Assembly (NCBI GenBank): GCA_958296135.2
Contig: CATQHZ020000002.1
Span: forward strand, 79,887 to 143,886
Origin: an uncultured Poribacteria bacterium
GTDB taxonomy: Bacteria; Poribacteria; WGA-4E; WGA-3G
Reading direction: 5' to 3'
DNA length: 64,000 bases
Shown here: one piece after another, positions 28,666 to 36,843 of the stretch
Layout of the letters: each line of letters opens with the position of its first letter
How positions within the stretch are numbered: the stretch's first letter is position 1
The notes under the pieces: model-generated
Told to the model about the DNA's origin: nothing
Databases searched by the model: none
Seen by the model: the letters and a program-made list of their open reading frames with translations, nothing else
Position numbers and translations under genes: made by a program

Positions 28666-29058
28666 CTAAAACATAAAATGGAGTTGGACCGGTTCTCTTT
28701 TTGGAGGTTCATAGACACCCAAAATTCTTTCATATTTATTGATTAGTTTCATAAAGAAATCAGATTCGTCGCCAAAAAATTCTTGAACTTTAGCGCACCA
28801 GTCCGCCCTCTCTGAAAATTCATCAGTCAAAGAATTATAGATTTCTTTTAGTTGATTAGCTTGTTCTTTTTCATCAATCTTTTCGTATTCTACTATAACA
28901 TCAGCAACATAATTTTGCAAATACTCTATATTTGCATAAGTATCATAACTTGGCTCATCAGCATTGACAAGCCAAAACATTTCATTTCTAGCATAAGCGA
29001 TCTTTTGCTTCATTCTAGCATTATGTAATGCTGTTTTTACTGCACTATTCCAATCCAT
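28666..29058 (-). CDS. Hypothetical protein ending in QLHFMF
   Basis: 130 aa; C-terminal clamp-motif-like hexapeptide. Confidence 0.65.
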   Translation of the reverse strand: MDWNSAVKTALHNARMKQKIAYARNEMFWLVNADEPSYDTYANIEYLQNYVADVIVEYEKIDEKEQANQLKEIYNSLTDEFSERADWCAKVQEFFGDESDFFMKLINKYERILGVYEPPKREPVQLHFMF

Positions 29059-29707
29059 GATCTAACCCCCATGCTTGATTTACAATTTTCCACGCTTTAT
29101 TTTCGTCCAGCATGATTATATTTCTTTCGTCAGTCATTAATGTATGAAGCTCTTTAATGTCTAATTGACGTTTTGCGTCGCCTTCGCCACTGCAATCATA
29201 TACATTTGCTCTTAAATCGTTTATTAGCGACCAAATCTTTTTATGTAAGTAATCCACATAAACGTTGTATCGCGTATCTACCGGAACATCCTTAGCATCC
29301 AGTTTGCTTTCAAGAGTAAATAACTCAATTGGTTGCAATTCTTTATTTTCTTTCGCCTTACGATCAATAATCTTATCTAGAATTTCAATCTTAACTTTCC
29401 TAAACTCAGATTCTTTAACTTTTTCCCAATCTAGTTCGTTTGGCTGATAATGTTTATATCTTTTTTCCTCATCCAAATAATAGTTCCTTTGAATTTCTGC
29501 TAGCTCCCAAACGGCGCACGAGCTAATTTTTCCATTATCTTCTAATTCAAATAGAACGTTCGATACGCATTCTTCAACCTTATCGAATGCCCATTTATGA
29601 GTATCCGAACCGGTTTGAATTTGATGAACGCAATCGCTTACGTTTTTCTCTATGATCTTCTGAACTGTACGAGACGCTTCTACCCATGTGGTCGGTTTAT
29701 TACTCAT
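29045..29707 (-). CDS. Hypothetical protein, paralog A
   Basis: Shares YQPNELDWE..KESEFRKVKI...LMTDERNIIMLDENKAWKIVN with the next gene. Confidence 0.75.
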   Translation of the reverse strand: MSNKPTTWVEASRTVQKIIEKNVSDCVHQIQTGSDTHKWAFDKVEECVSNVLFELEDNGKISSCAVWELAEIQRNYYLDEEKRYKHYQPNELDWEKVKESEFRKVKIEILDKIIDRKAKENKELQPIELFTLESKLDAKDVPVDTRYNVYVDYLHKKIWSLINDLRANVYDCSGEGDAKRQLDIKELHTLMTDERNIIMLDENKAWKIVNQAWGLDHGLE

Positions 29708-30510
29708 TGATTATGCCCCCATGCTTTATTTACAATTTTCCATGCTTTATTTTCGTCTAACATTATTATATTTCTTTCGTCAGTCATTAATTGGTGCAAT
29801 TTTTCAATATTCCTTTGGCGTCTCATAACAGTATCATGACCATATTTATATGTTTCTGCCTTTAGATCGTTTATTAGCAACCAAATTTTCTTATGTAAGT
29901 AGTCCACATAAAGATTATAGCGCGTATCCACTGGAATATCCTTCGCATCCATATTGCTTTCAAGAGCAAATAGTTCTATTGGCTGTAATTCTTTTTTAGA
30001 ATTTGGTTTGCGCTCAATAATCTTATCTAGAATTTTAATCTTAACTTTCCTAAACTCAGATTCTTTAATTTCTTCCCAATCTAGTTCGTTTGGTTGGTAA
30101 TTTAAATATTCCGATTCTTGATCTTTATAGAATTCCTTTTGAACGCTTTCTTGATCTTTATAGAATTCCTTTTGAACGCTAGCTAGCTCCCAAACTTTTA
30201 GATTTGCATCTTCTAACCTGAATAAAATATTATATACGCATTCTTTAACTTTAATAAATACCCATCTGCGAGTATCTGGACCAGTCTCAATTTGATGAAC
30301 CAAATCACTTATTTGCTTCTTTATAATATCTTGAATTACAGTTAGGTTTGCATCTTTTAACTCGAATAAAATATTAGATACGCATTCTTCAACTTCTTCG
30401 CCAGCATCTGAACCATACCGAATTCGCTTAACGCAATTACGTATTTGCTTCTTTATAATATCTTGAATTGCCGGAGATGTTCCTAACCAAGCTATTGGTT
30501 TATTACTCAT
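29704..30510 (-). CDS. Hypothetical protein, paralog B
   Basis: Start MSNKPIAW (GAGG RBS) matches paralog A; internal duplications. Confidence 0.75.
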   Translation of the reverse strand: MSNKPIAWLGTSPAIQDIIKKQIRNCVKRIRYGSDAGEEVEECVSNILFELKDANLTVIQDIIKKQISDLVHQIETGPDTRRWVFIKVKECVYNILFRLEDANLKVWELASVQKEFYKDQESVQKEFYKDQESEYLNYQPNELDWEEIKESEFRKVKIKILDKIIERKPNSKKELQPIELFALESNMDAKDIPVDTRYNLYVDYLHKKIWLLINDLKAETYKYGHDTVMRRQRNIEKLHQLMTDERNIIMLDENKAWKIVNKAWGHNQ

Positions 30511-30523
30511 TATGGACCTCATT

Positions 30524-30560
30524 AAAAAGCCCCTTGAATGCAATTAAGATTCAAGAGGCT
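30524..30560 (-). terminator. Rho-independent terminator after ssb
   Basis: AGCCTCTTGAAT-loop-ATTCAAGGGGCT followed by TTTT on the minus strand. Confidence 0.75.
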
Positions 30561-30571
30561 ATTATTATTAG

Positions 30572-30976
30572 TTAAAACGGAATATCGTCTTCGTTTTCTT
30601 CATCGTCATCATCGTCACGATCTTCACGCAATTTATCATTATCAGCTTTGCTACCAGTAAATGCAAACGAAAACACATTTACTTTGTGTCTACTCTGCTT
30701 ACCTCGTTCCTCGTCTTCCCATGTGTCAAGCTGAAGTTTTCCATTAACCAGAATCTGTTGACCTTTCACAAAATGTTCACCGATTATTTCGCCCGTCTTG
30801 TTCCAAGCGACACAATCCATAAACATCGGCTTATCGACTACTTCCCCGTCACGATTAGTATATCGCTCGTTACAAGCTACACTAAAATTACATACTGCCG
30901 TTCCGTTATCGCCCAGAAACTTTACTTCTGGATCTCGTGTCAAATTACCCAACAATGTCACATTATTAAAACTCAT
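30572..30976 (-). CDS. ssb: Single-stranded DNA-binding protein
   Basis: MSFNNVTLLGNLTRDPE, KGQQILVNGKL, acidic tail DDIPF. Confidence 0.97.
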   Translation of the reverse strand: MSFNNVTLLGNLTRDPEVKFLGDNGTAVCNFSVACNERYTNRDGEVVDKPMFMDCVAWNKTGEIIGEHFVKGQQILVNGKLQLDTWEDEERGKQSRHKVNVFSFAFTGSKADNDKLREDRDDDDDEENEDDIPF

Positions 30977-30990
30977 TTTCTTGCTCCCTT

Positions 30991-31290
30991 TTATCGAACT
31001 ACTGCGTATGGCGGATGCCGAAATGCCCATTGCACTCGTTGACCACCATCTAAATCATCATCATAAACCGAAAAATATACTCGCCATTTCGTCCAGATTT
31101 CAAAAGTTCTACCTGGTTCCTCTTGTTCTATGTGAATAAAATCTTCTGAAGTTTCACCAGTAACTTCCAACAATTGTTTTAATTGCTCGATGGCCTCTTC
31201 CATGAAGACATAGTCCTCATCATCGAGTTCATCGAACTCTTCATCAGATATAGAATATTGGTTCTCATACAAAAATTCTTCCCAATCCAT
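30991..31290 (-). CDS. Acidic hypothetical protein
   Basis: 99 aa, GGAGG RBS. Confidence 0.65.
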   Translation of the reverse strand: MDWEEFLYENQYSISDEEFDELDDEDYVFMEEAIEQLKQLLEVTGETSEDFIHIEQEEPGRTFEIWTKWRVYFSVYDDDLDGGQRVQWAFRHPPYAVVR

Positions 31291-31301
31291 AATTGACCTC
31301 C

Positions 31302-31342
31302 TATAATTAAAATATTAAATTTTCAACCAAATTTAAATCCAA
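31302..31342 (-). promoter_or_regulatory. Class-A promoter repeat, copy 5
   Basis: TATAATTAAAATATTAAATTTTCAACCAAATTTAAATCCAA. Confidence 0.78.
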
Positions 31343-31358
31343 GGAAATGGGGGAGCAT

Positions 31359-31574
31359 TTAAGCTCCCTTTTGTAGATGTTGTCTAATATCTTCTTTAAT
31401 GAATTCATAATGAAGAATATTATTTTCTCTTCTACATTCTGGACAATTAAAGAGATAATCTTCAGGCTTGCTCCAATACATGCGATTATACCAAATATTA
31501 TGTTGCGGACATCTTAAATATTGAATTCTATCGTCATCTGTATCTGACTTACAGCTTAAGACATTGAGTTCCAT
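31359..31574 (-). CDS. Small zinc-finger-like protein
   Basis: CPQH...CPEC. Confidence 0.6.
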   Translation of the reverse strand: MELNVLSCKSDTDDDRIQYLRCPQHNIWYNRMYWSKPEDYLFNCPECRRENNILHYEFIKEDIRQHLQKGA

Positions 31575-31845
31575 CTGGCATCTCCAATCTGTAGTATAAA
31601 GTATTAGTTTCTTTATCTAGATAAGTTTCAAGAACCTCTTCTAGAACAAGATAATTTAGAGCGTCATTATATTCCCACATAATTCCAACTTCTGCCATTT
31701 TTAAATATCTAGCAACTTTTGGCTGTAGATCAGCAGCAGAAACCCAATCGTTTTCTTCAAACAAAAGACGCTTAATATGATGTGCCATTTCAGGCACATT
31801 AATACTAAAGCCATACATGATAAGTCTCCTATCCAGTCGAACCAA
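31549..31845 (-). CDS. Possible winged-helix protein
   Basis: 98 aa; ALNYLV..EVLET...LYYRL pattern. Confidence 0.5.
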   Translation of the reverse strand: MVRLDRRLIMYGFSINVPEMAHHIKRLLFEENDWVSAADLQPKVARYLKMAEVGIMWEYNDALNYLVLEEVLETYLDKETNTLYYRLEMPDGTQCLKL

Positions 31846-32299
31846 ACCCGCCTCGAGATTTATGAAACCTACTTAAGTTTTCTAGATCTTCATCGTCACA
31901 TTCCTTCCAGCAGTCAACAACCCCAACTTTGTAAAATACTCCTTGAGCCAACCTTGTTCCAGCAGGAATAGTCACAGAAGTAGATTTGAAGTTGAAGTTA
32001 AGCACTTGAATTTTAATTTCATCCTCTGGACCGCAATAATCTTGATCAATGATGCCAACTCCTTGTGGCATCATTATTCCCCATTTTCTTGGCGCGCTAC
32101 TTCTTAGTGCAACCATTAACATATAACCTGCCGGAACCTGAATAACATTATTTGCTGGAATTAAAGCAATTTCACCAGCCAAAATAGTTACTTTTTCCCG
32201 AGTGACAAAATCAAATCCAACAGATCCGTTTGTTTGGTATTTTGGAAGTCCGTAATCTTTATTTATTCTCTTGATTGGTACAAACATCTTTAACCTCAA
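31829..32299 (-). CDS. dut: dUTPase (trimeric)
   Basis: GSVGFD, RSS, GIIDQDYCG, RLAQ, RGGFGSTG. Confidence 0.95.
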   Translation of the reverse strand: MRLKMFVPIKRINKDYGLPKYQTNGSVGFDFVTREKVTILAGEIALIPANNVIQVPAGYMLMVALRSSAPRKWGIMMPQGVGIIDQDYCGPEDEIKIQVLNFNFKSTSVTIPAGTRLAQGVFYKVGVVDCWKECDDEDLENLSRFHKSRGGFGSTG

Positions 32300-32765
32300 C
32301 TTTCTTAAGAATTGGATTCATCTTCAATACACGCCGCACTTGATTAGTAGTTAAACCAACTGCCACCAACCGAGCAATTCGGCTTGGCAACATTCCACCA
32401 TTATATTTTTCGTAAACGAAGTCGATTGGAACAAATCGTTTTAGTGCATGTTTAACATCTCGTACTGTTGTTCCTAAACTGGATGCAATATCTCGTTCTG
32501 ACATTCCATCCCAATACAGATTTAGCAACAATTCACGATTATCCTTCAAATACTCTTGATGAATACTATCATTTTTTGGTTTCGGTACCGGTTTCAAATT
32601 AACTTTCGAATCTTCTGTCGGTTCTGGTTCATCTTCACCATGATAATGGTTAATCCGATCCAAAATACGACCTACCGCTTGTGCAATTTCAACGCAAATA
32701 AAATCGTTCAAAGCATCGTTAACTACAAATTTTCTGTTCGCTGTCATTTTGACTCTCCTTATCAA
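32259..32765 (-). CDS. HTH DNA-binding protein (sigma-4-like)
   Basis: LYWDGMSERDIASSLGTTVRDVKHAL. Confidence 0.7.
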   Translation of the reverse strand: MIRRVKMTANRKFVVNDALNDFICVEIAQAVGRILDRINHYHGEDEPEPTEDSKVNLKPVPKPKNDSIHQEYLKDNRELLLNLYWDGMSERDIASSLGTTVRDVKHALKRFVPIDFVYEKYNGGMLPSRIARLVAVGLTTNQVRRVLKMNPILKKVEVKDVCTNQENK

Positions 32766-33126
32766 TAATTTCTTGAGCTTCTAAATATAATTCCCGAATT
32801 TCAGGATCTAATTTACTAATATCATATCGATCAAGTTTACTAAGAAACATTTCTTCAAAAATATTCGCTAATTCTTTTAAGTTTTTTTCACTAAGATTTA
32901 TTGCATACTCTTTACCAAATCTCATTTCAATGCCAGTCGGAATTTTCGATTTGAAAGCATATAAAAATTGACCGAATTCCCCACGAGAGTCAACATATTC
33001 TTGGATTGCATGATACTGAAGAGTGGATGCTGATACGATATTATTTAACCATTCATATACGTCTTTATGTTCATTTTTTAAATAGGATATGTTATCCTTA
33101 AATGAATAATCTTTTAATTGGCGCAT
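32719..33126 (-). CDS. Hypothetical protein
   Basis: 135 aa coupled ORF. Confidence 0.6.
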   Translation of the reverse strand: MRQLKDYSFKDNISYLKNEHKDVYEWLNNIVSASTLQYHAIQEYVDSRGEFGQFLYAFKSKIPTGIEMRFGKEYAINLSEKNLKELANIFEEMFLSKLDRYDISKLDPEIRELYLEAQEIIDKESQNDSEQKICS

Positions 33127-33602
33127 TCTTTTTCCTCCAATCTAACAGATTGATAAATATATGTATCATAATATTCCGTCAAATAATCCCTTAGAGATCT
33201 AATTGCCGGATGATTATTATAGATTTGAGCATAACTCGTTAATAACCAATAACTTTGAAACATATCTTTATCAGCAATTATGGAATCAGTTATCATTTCG
33301 CCAATCATACCAGAATTATTTACTAAAAACTCATCAGTAATATCAGTATCTTCCATAATGCCAAATAATGCATCCATATAACTAATATGAACATAATCTT
33401 CATCTCCAAAATGACCCCAATAGAACCCGTCATCATTGAGCGCATAAAAATATGCTATAGCAAATTTTGGATCAAATTCATCATCTAGTGCATATGTCTC
33501 TAATGTAATCCGGCTATCGCTATAGCATTCAAAATTAACTTCTTCAACTGTCGAATCTTCCAACCATCCAACCGCTTCTATTAATAATGCTTCAACTTTC
33601 AT
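33114..33602 (-). CDS. Acidic hypothetical protein
   Basis: 162 aa, AAGGAGG RBS after class-A repeat. Confidence 0.65.
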   Translation of the reverse strand: MKVEALLIEAVGWLEDSTVEEVNFECYSDSRITLETYALDDEFDPKFAIAYFYALNDDGFYWGHFGDEDYVHISYMDALFGIMEDTDITDEFLVNNSGMIGEMITDSIIADKDMFQSYWLLTSYAQIYNNHPAIRSLRDYLTEYYDTYIYQSVRLEEKECAN

Positions 33603-33623
33603 TATTTTTGCCTCCTTAATGGC

Positions 33624-33665
33624 TTAATAATAAAATATTAAATTTTCAACCCAATTTAAATCCAA
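33624..33665 (-). promoter_or_regulatory. Class-A promoter repeat, copy 6
   Basis: TTAATAATAAAATATTAAATTTTCAACCCAATTTAAATCCAA. Confidence 0.78.
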
Positions 33666-33684
33666 TATAAAAATACTTGGAAAA

Positions 33685-34030
33685 TGGAGATGGCGGGAGT
33701 CGAACCCGCGTCTGCAGTATCTATCATAAAAAATATGCTACATGTTTAGTACCAATTTAAGTTTCGCAAGTGCTAGCTTTGATACAGAGCCTACACTGAA
33801 CTATTCTGCTTAATAAGAATTATGGTCACAGAAATCCCATAATAATTTGCACTTCGCTATTGCAATCTTATTTATTGAAGGCTAAATAATAAGATTGTGC
33901 TGCTTAAGCAGCCAGAGCATATTCAAAATTGTCTTCGAATATTAGTTGTTGTCGCCATTTAACGAGACCTGCGACATTCTCGACATGCAATTCTTTATTC
34001 AACGATCCACATCGATTCCAATTCATCCCC
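33685..34030 (-). ncRNA. ssrA: tmRNA
   Basis: 5' GGGGATGAATTGGAATCGA, 3' GACGCGGGTTCGACTCCCGCCATCTCCA; internal tag frame GAA GAC AAT TTT GAA TAT GCT CTG GCT GCT TAA = EDNFEYALAA*. Confidence 0.93.
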
Positions 34031-34038
34031 TTAAAAAA

Positions 34039-34112
34039 TACCGCTGAAGAGATTTGAACTCTTACTGAAAAGTGTTTAAGACTTTTGCCTCTGCCAGTTG
34101 GGCTACAGCGGC
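34039..34112 (-). tRNA. tRNA-Leu (anticodon UAA), short variable loop
   Basis: GCCGCTG/CAGCGGT acceptor, AAAGT-CTTAAAC-ACTTT anticodon arm, AAGAG-TTCAAAT-CTCTT T arm. Confidence 0.88.
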
Positions 34113-34117
34113 TTATA

Positions 34118-34936
34118 TTATGATCTTTTATTTCGAGGTCCAGAAACTCTAATTTCTATTCCTTCTTCCGTAAGGATCTTTTTTATATGAGTTGAACTAC
34201 AGTTATATTCTATTCTTAAAGCGTATACTGATTTTCCATTTAAATACTGATCAATAATTTCTTCTTTCTGTGCTCGAATATCATATCGATAACTAATATT
34301 ATTTACTCCAATATTGCCAGGAATACTATCATCAATTTTAGTTCTTTTATTATCAGTAATATTATTATTACTATCTTTAATTCTTCTAAGCGGTAAATCA
34401 ATTATATTATTTTCAAAACAAATCGTTTTAAAAAGATCTGTTTTTATAATTTTATCAATTGTAGAAATAGAACTATTTAAGTAATTAGCAATATCTTTTT
34501 TATGAATTTCATATCCTTCTTTTTTAGATTTAATATAATATTTAGCAATTTCTTTAACCCGCTCTCCCAAAAACGACAATCCTATCTGATTTATATCAAA
34601 TTCTATTCTTTCTTCATCTGTTGTTTCAACTGGTATTTTTTCAGTTAAGCTCCGATAAATTAATTGATCGTCAATACCCAACTTAGGTTTTAAAGCATCT
34701 TTTAAAGCCTTTTCTAAATTATCAATATCGTACCCATTATTTAATTTACTTTTTAAAATATAGAAGTTAGCAATTAATCCAAACTTATAACATTTATCTA
34801 AATTAAAATCTGGAACTTGTTTTCTAATGTCATCGTAATATTTGTTCCTATCATACATTTTATCCGAATTGCAATTTACCCTTAAAGTATAATAACTTCT
34901 TGGGATAATCTTAACAATATACATATTTACCTCCAA
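34118..34936 (-). CDS. RusA-like Holliday junction resolvase fused to HTH-like segments
   Basis: DIDNLEKALKDAL...IDDQLI RusA motif; C-terminal IANYLNSSISTI and YLNGKS...EYNCS...IL...GI. Confidence 0.7.
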   Translation of the reverse strand: MEVNMYIVKIIPRSYYTLRVNCNSDKMYDRNKYYDDIRKQVPDFNLDKCYKFGLIANFYILKSKLNNGYDIDNLEKALKDALKPKLGIDDQLIYRSLTEKIPVETTDEERIEFDINQIGLSFLGERVKEIAKYYIKSKKEGYEIHKKDIANYLNSSISTIDKIIKTDLFKTICFENNIIDLPLRRIKDSNNNITDNKRTKIDDSIPGNIGVNNISYRYDIRAQKEEIIDQYLNGKSVYALRIEYNCSSTHIKKILTEEGIEIRVSGPRNKRS

Positions 34937-34938
34937 AA

Positions 34939-35012
34939 AGTCCCTAGCAGGACTCGAACCTGCAACTTCCGGATTAGAAATCCAGTGCTCTGTCCAATTG
35001 AGCTATAGGAAC
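34939..35012 (-). tRNA. tRNA-Arg (anticodon UCU)
   Basis: GTTCCTA/TAGGGAC acceptor, CTGGA-TTTCTAA-TCCGG, GCAGG-TTCGAGT-CCTGC. Confidence 0.92.
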
Positions 35013-35183
35013 ACGCGATAAAGGAAGCAAGGAGGTTAAAAAAATCTTCCTTTATCGATACCGGATCGATGGTCCTTGTAGTTGGGGTAACCAAGAAAAA
35101 CCAACTAATAGACTGATCCTTCCTATAAAGACCTTGAATAGAACTTTTAATTCAATTCCCATTATTTAAACTGTCCTATCCTT

Positions 35184-35226
35184 TATATTATTAAAATATT
35201 AAATTTTCAACCCCTTTTAAATCCAA
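35184..35226 (-). promoter_or_regulatory. Class-A promoter repeat, copy 7
   Basis: TATATTATTAAAATATTAAATTTTCAACCCCTTTTAAATCCAA; upstream of the RNA gene cluster. Confidence 0.8.
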
Positions 35227-35256
35227 GAAATTTTTATTTGAAAATTATTTTTTCAA

Positions 35257-36072
35257 TCAAATTAATACTACTTGACGATTTGGATCTATGTTATTTAGTC
35301 TGTTATTGCTTAACTCAACAAAATTATTATTAATCTCAAAGGATATAAAATTTCTATTGGTGCGCTTACATACCGCCGCACATGTTCCTACCCCAGAAAA
35401 TGGATCAAGAACCAAATCGTCTTCTAAAGAGCTAGCTAATATTAATCGTTCAAATAATTTTTCCGGTTTCTGAATCGTATTTAATGCGTCTCGAGAAACG
35501 AGTTCTTTTGAATTATATGTAAGCTGTTTAATATCCCCCCAAACATCTCCTGGGTTCTTTCCATCTTTATTAAATTTAGTTTTGCTATATTTACCACCTA
35601 TTACAGACGGAACCTGTTCACAGCGAATACGATGAGATAATTCCACTAGTTGTGGTACCCGAATATCATCCAGGTTATAACATCGAGGACGCTTTCCTTT
35701 AATAAAATAACAAATGATATCATAATTATTTGTATAATTAATTTTCCCTTGTGACAATCTACTCGGTTGATACCAAACGATTTTTGATTTTAATGTTAGA
35801 AATTTTCTATAATCAATAAAATCAATACAATCCGGTTTTCCAAATAAATATAGAGATCCACCTTCTTTTAATTTTTCAGCAAATAACTCAATAAGATTTA
35901 AATTAAATTCTTGAATTAATTCTATTTTGTCCCAGTCATAATTTGTTATACCATAAGGACCATCACATATAATTAAATCTACGGATTCATTATCTACTGA
36001 TTTAATTAGTTCAAACATATCTCCACAATAAATATTATTTAATTTTATCATAATTTCTTTTTTATTGGTCAC
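35257..36072 (-). CDS. Beta-class N4/N6 DNA methyltransferase
   Basis: IICDGPY (variant motif IV), GKNPGDVW, QKPE.L, VLDPFSGVGT. Confidence 0.9.
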   Translation of the reverse strand: MTNKKEIMIKLNNIYCGDMFELIKSVDNESVDLIICDGPYGITNYDWDKIELIQEFNLNLIELFAEKLKEGGSLYLFGKPDCIDFIDYRKFLTLKSKIVWYQPSRLSQGKINYTNNYDIICYFIKGKRPRCYNLDDIRVPQLVELSHRIRCEQVPSVIGGKYSKTKFNKDGKNPGDVWGDIKQLTYNSKELVSRDALNTIQKPEKLFERLILASSLEDDLVLDPFSGVGTCAAVCKRTNRNFISFEINNNFVELSNNRLNNIDPNRQVVLI

Positions 36073-36117
36073 AAAAATAGGATGTTATTTTTTAGTAATA
36101 AATTTGGCTCCCGTTCG

Positions 36118-36160
36118 CTTAATAATAAAATATTAAATTTTCAACCCCTTTTAAATCCAA
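36118..36160 (-). promoter_or_regulatory. Class-A promoter repeat, copy 8
   Basis: TTAATAATAAAATATTAAATTTTCAACCCCTTTTAAATCCAA. Confidence 0.78.
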
Positions 36161-36225
36161 ATTGGAGAAAAATGCTTGAAAAAATGGAGAAAAAATGACA
36201 TATTTAGCTCTCAAGAGTCCTGCGA

Positions 36226-36662
36226 AGCCCTCGAGCGCAAAGGTTGTGCAAGTTCGAAGCAAGTTGTGGTGCAAGTTGCAGCCCTCGACCGCACAAGTTG
36301 TGCAAGTTTACCTATAAATCCCTTACTAATTTGTTAAAGGGTTTTTATATAATTTCTTATGCTCTCGAGCACCATTCACGGAACAAAGCCCTCGCACTCT
36401 TGACTCTGTGACCAGAAAAAGCGGAATTTGGGTATACTTTGAAGTATCACTTTTTGACGATTTTGGAGTGGAGAAAGCCCTCATCCTTCCGGCAAATAAT
36501 TGCCGGTATGCTCGCGGACAGCAATCAAGTTCCCAAACCCCAGCCGCTGGGGATATAGGAAAAACCACGAAAACTTGCACTACTTGTGCGGCTGAGGGCT
36601 GCAACTTGCACCACAACTTGCTCCTGACTTAGCGGACTTGTGCGGTCGAGGGCTGCAACTTG
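36226..36662. repeat. 52-bp inverted repeat plus extra partial copies (candidate origin or packaging site)
   Basis: 36258-36309 is the reverse complement of 36571-36622 (3 mismatches); partial copies at 36226-36254 and 36636-36662; core (G/A)CAAGTT. Confidence 0.85.
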
Positions 36663-36843
36663 ATTTTGGAGTAAATAAAAAATTAACCTTGTTCTCCTTG
36701 TGATCATTAGATCGGGATATCGGGGTCTAAAAATGTCGCCCAAATGGGTCTATTTACCGCCCAGAGGGGTTTATATGGTGCCCAAATCTAAATTGAGACA
36801 TATGGTAGTGGAGCGGTAATTTGACCTGTCTTAAATCGCCGAT

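Noticed and set aside
34939-35012. Anticodon loop TTTCTAA contains CTA (possible amber suppressor)
   Set aside because: With the 5-bp stem the anticodon positions 34-36 are TCT, i.e. Arg
36226-36662. Possible CRISPR array
   Set aside because: Repeats are inverted and overlapping with no regular unique spacers; no cas genes
36326-36743. Three short ORFs in the inverted-repeat region
   Set aside because: No RBS, atypical composition; by-products of GC-rich repeats
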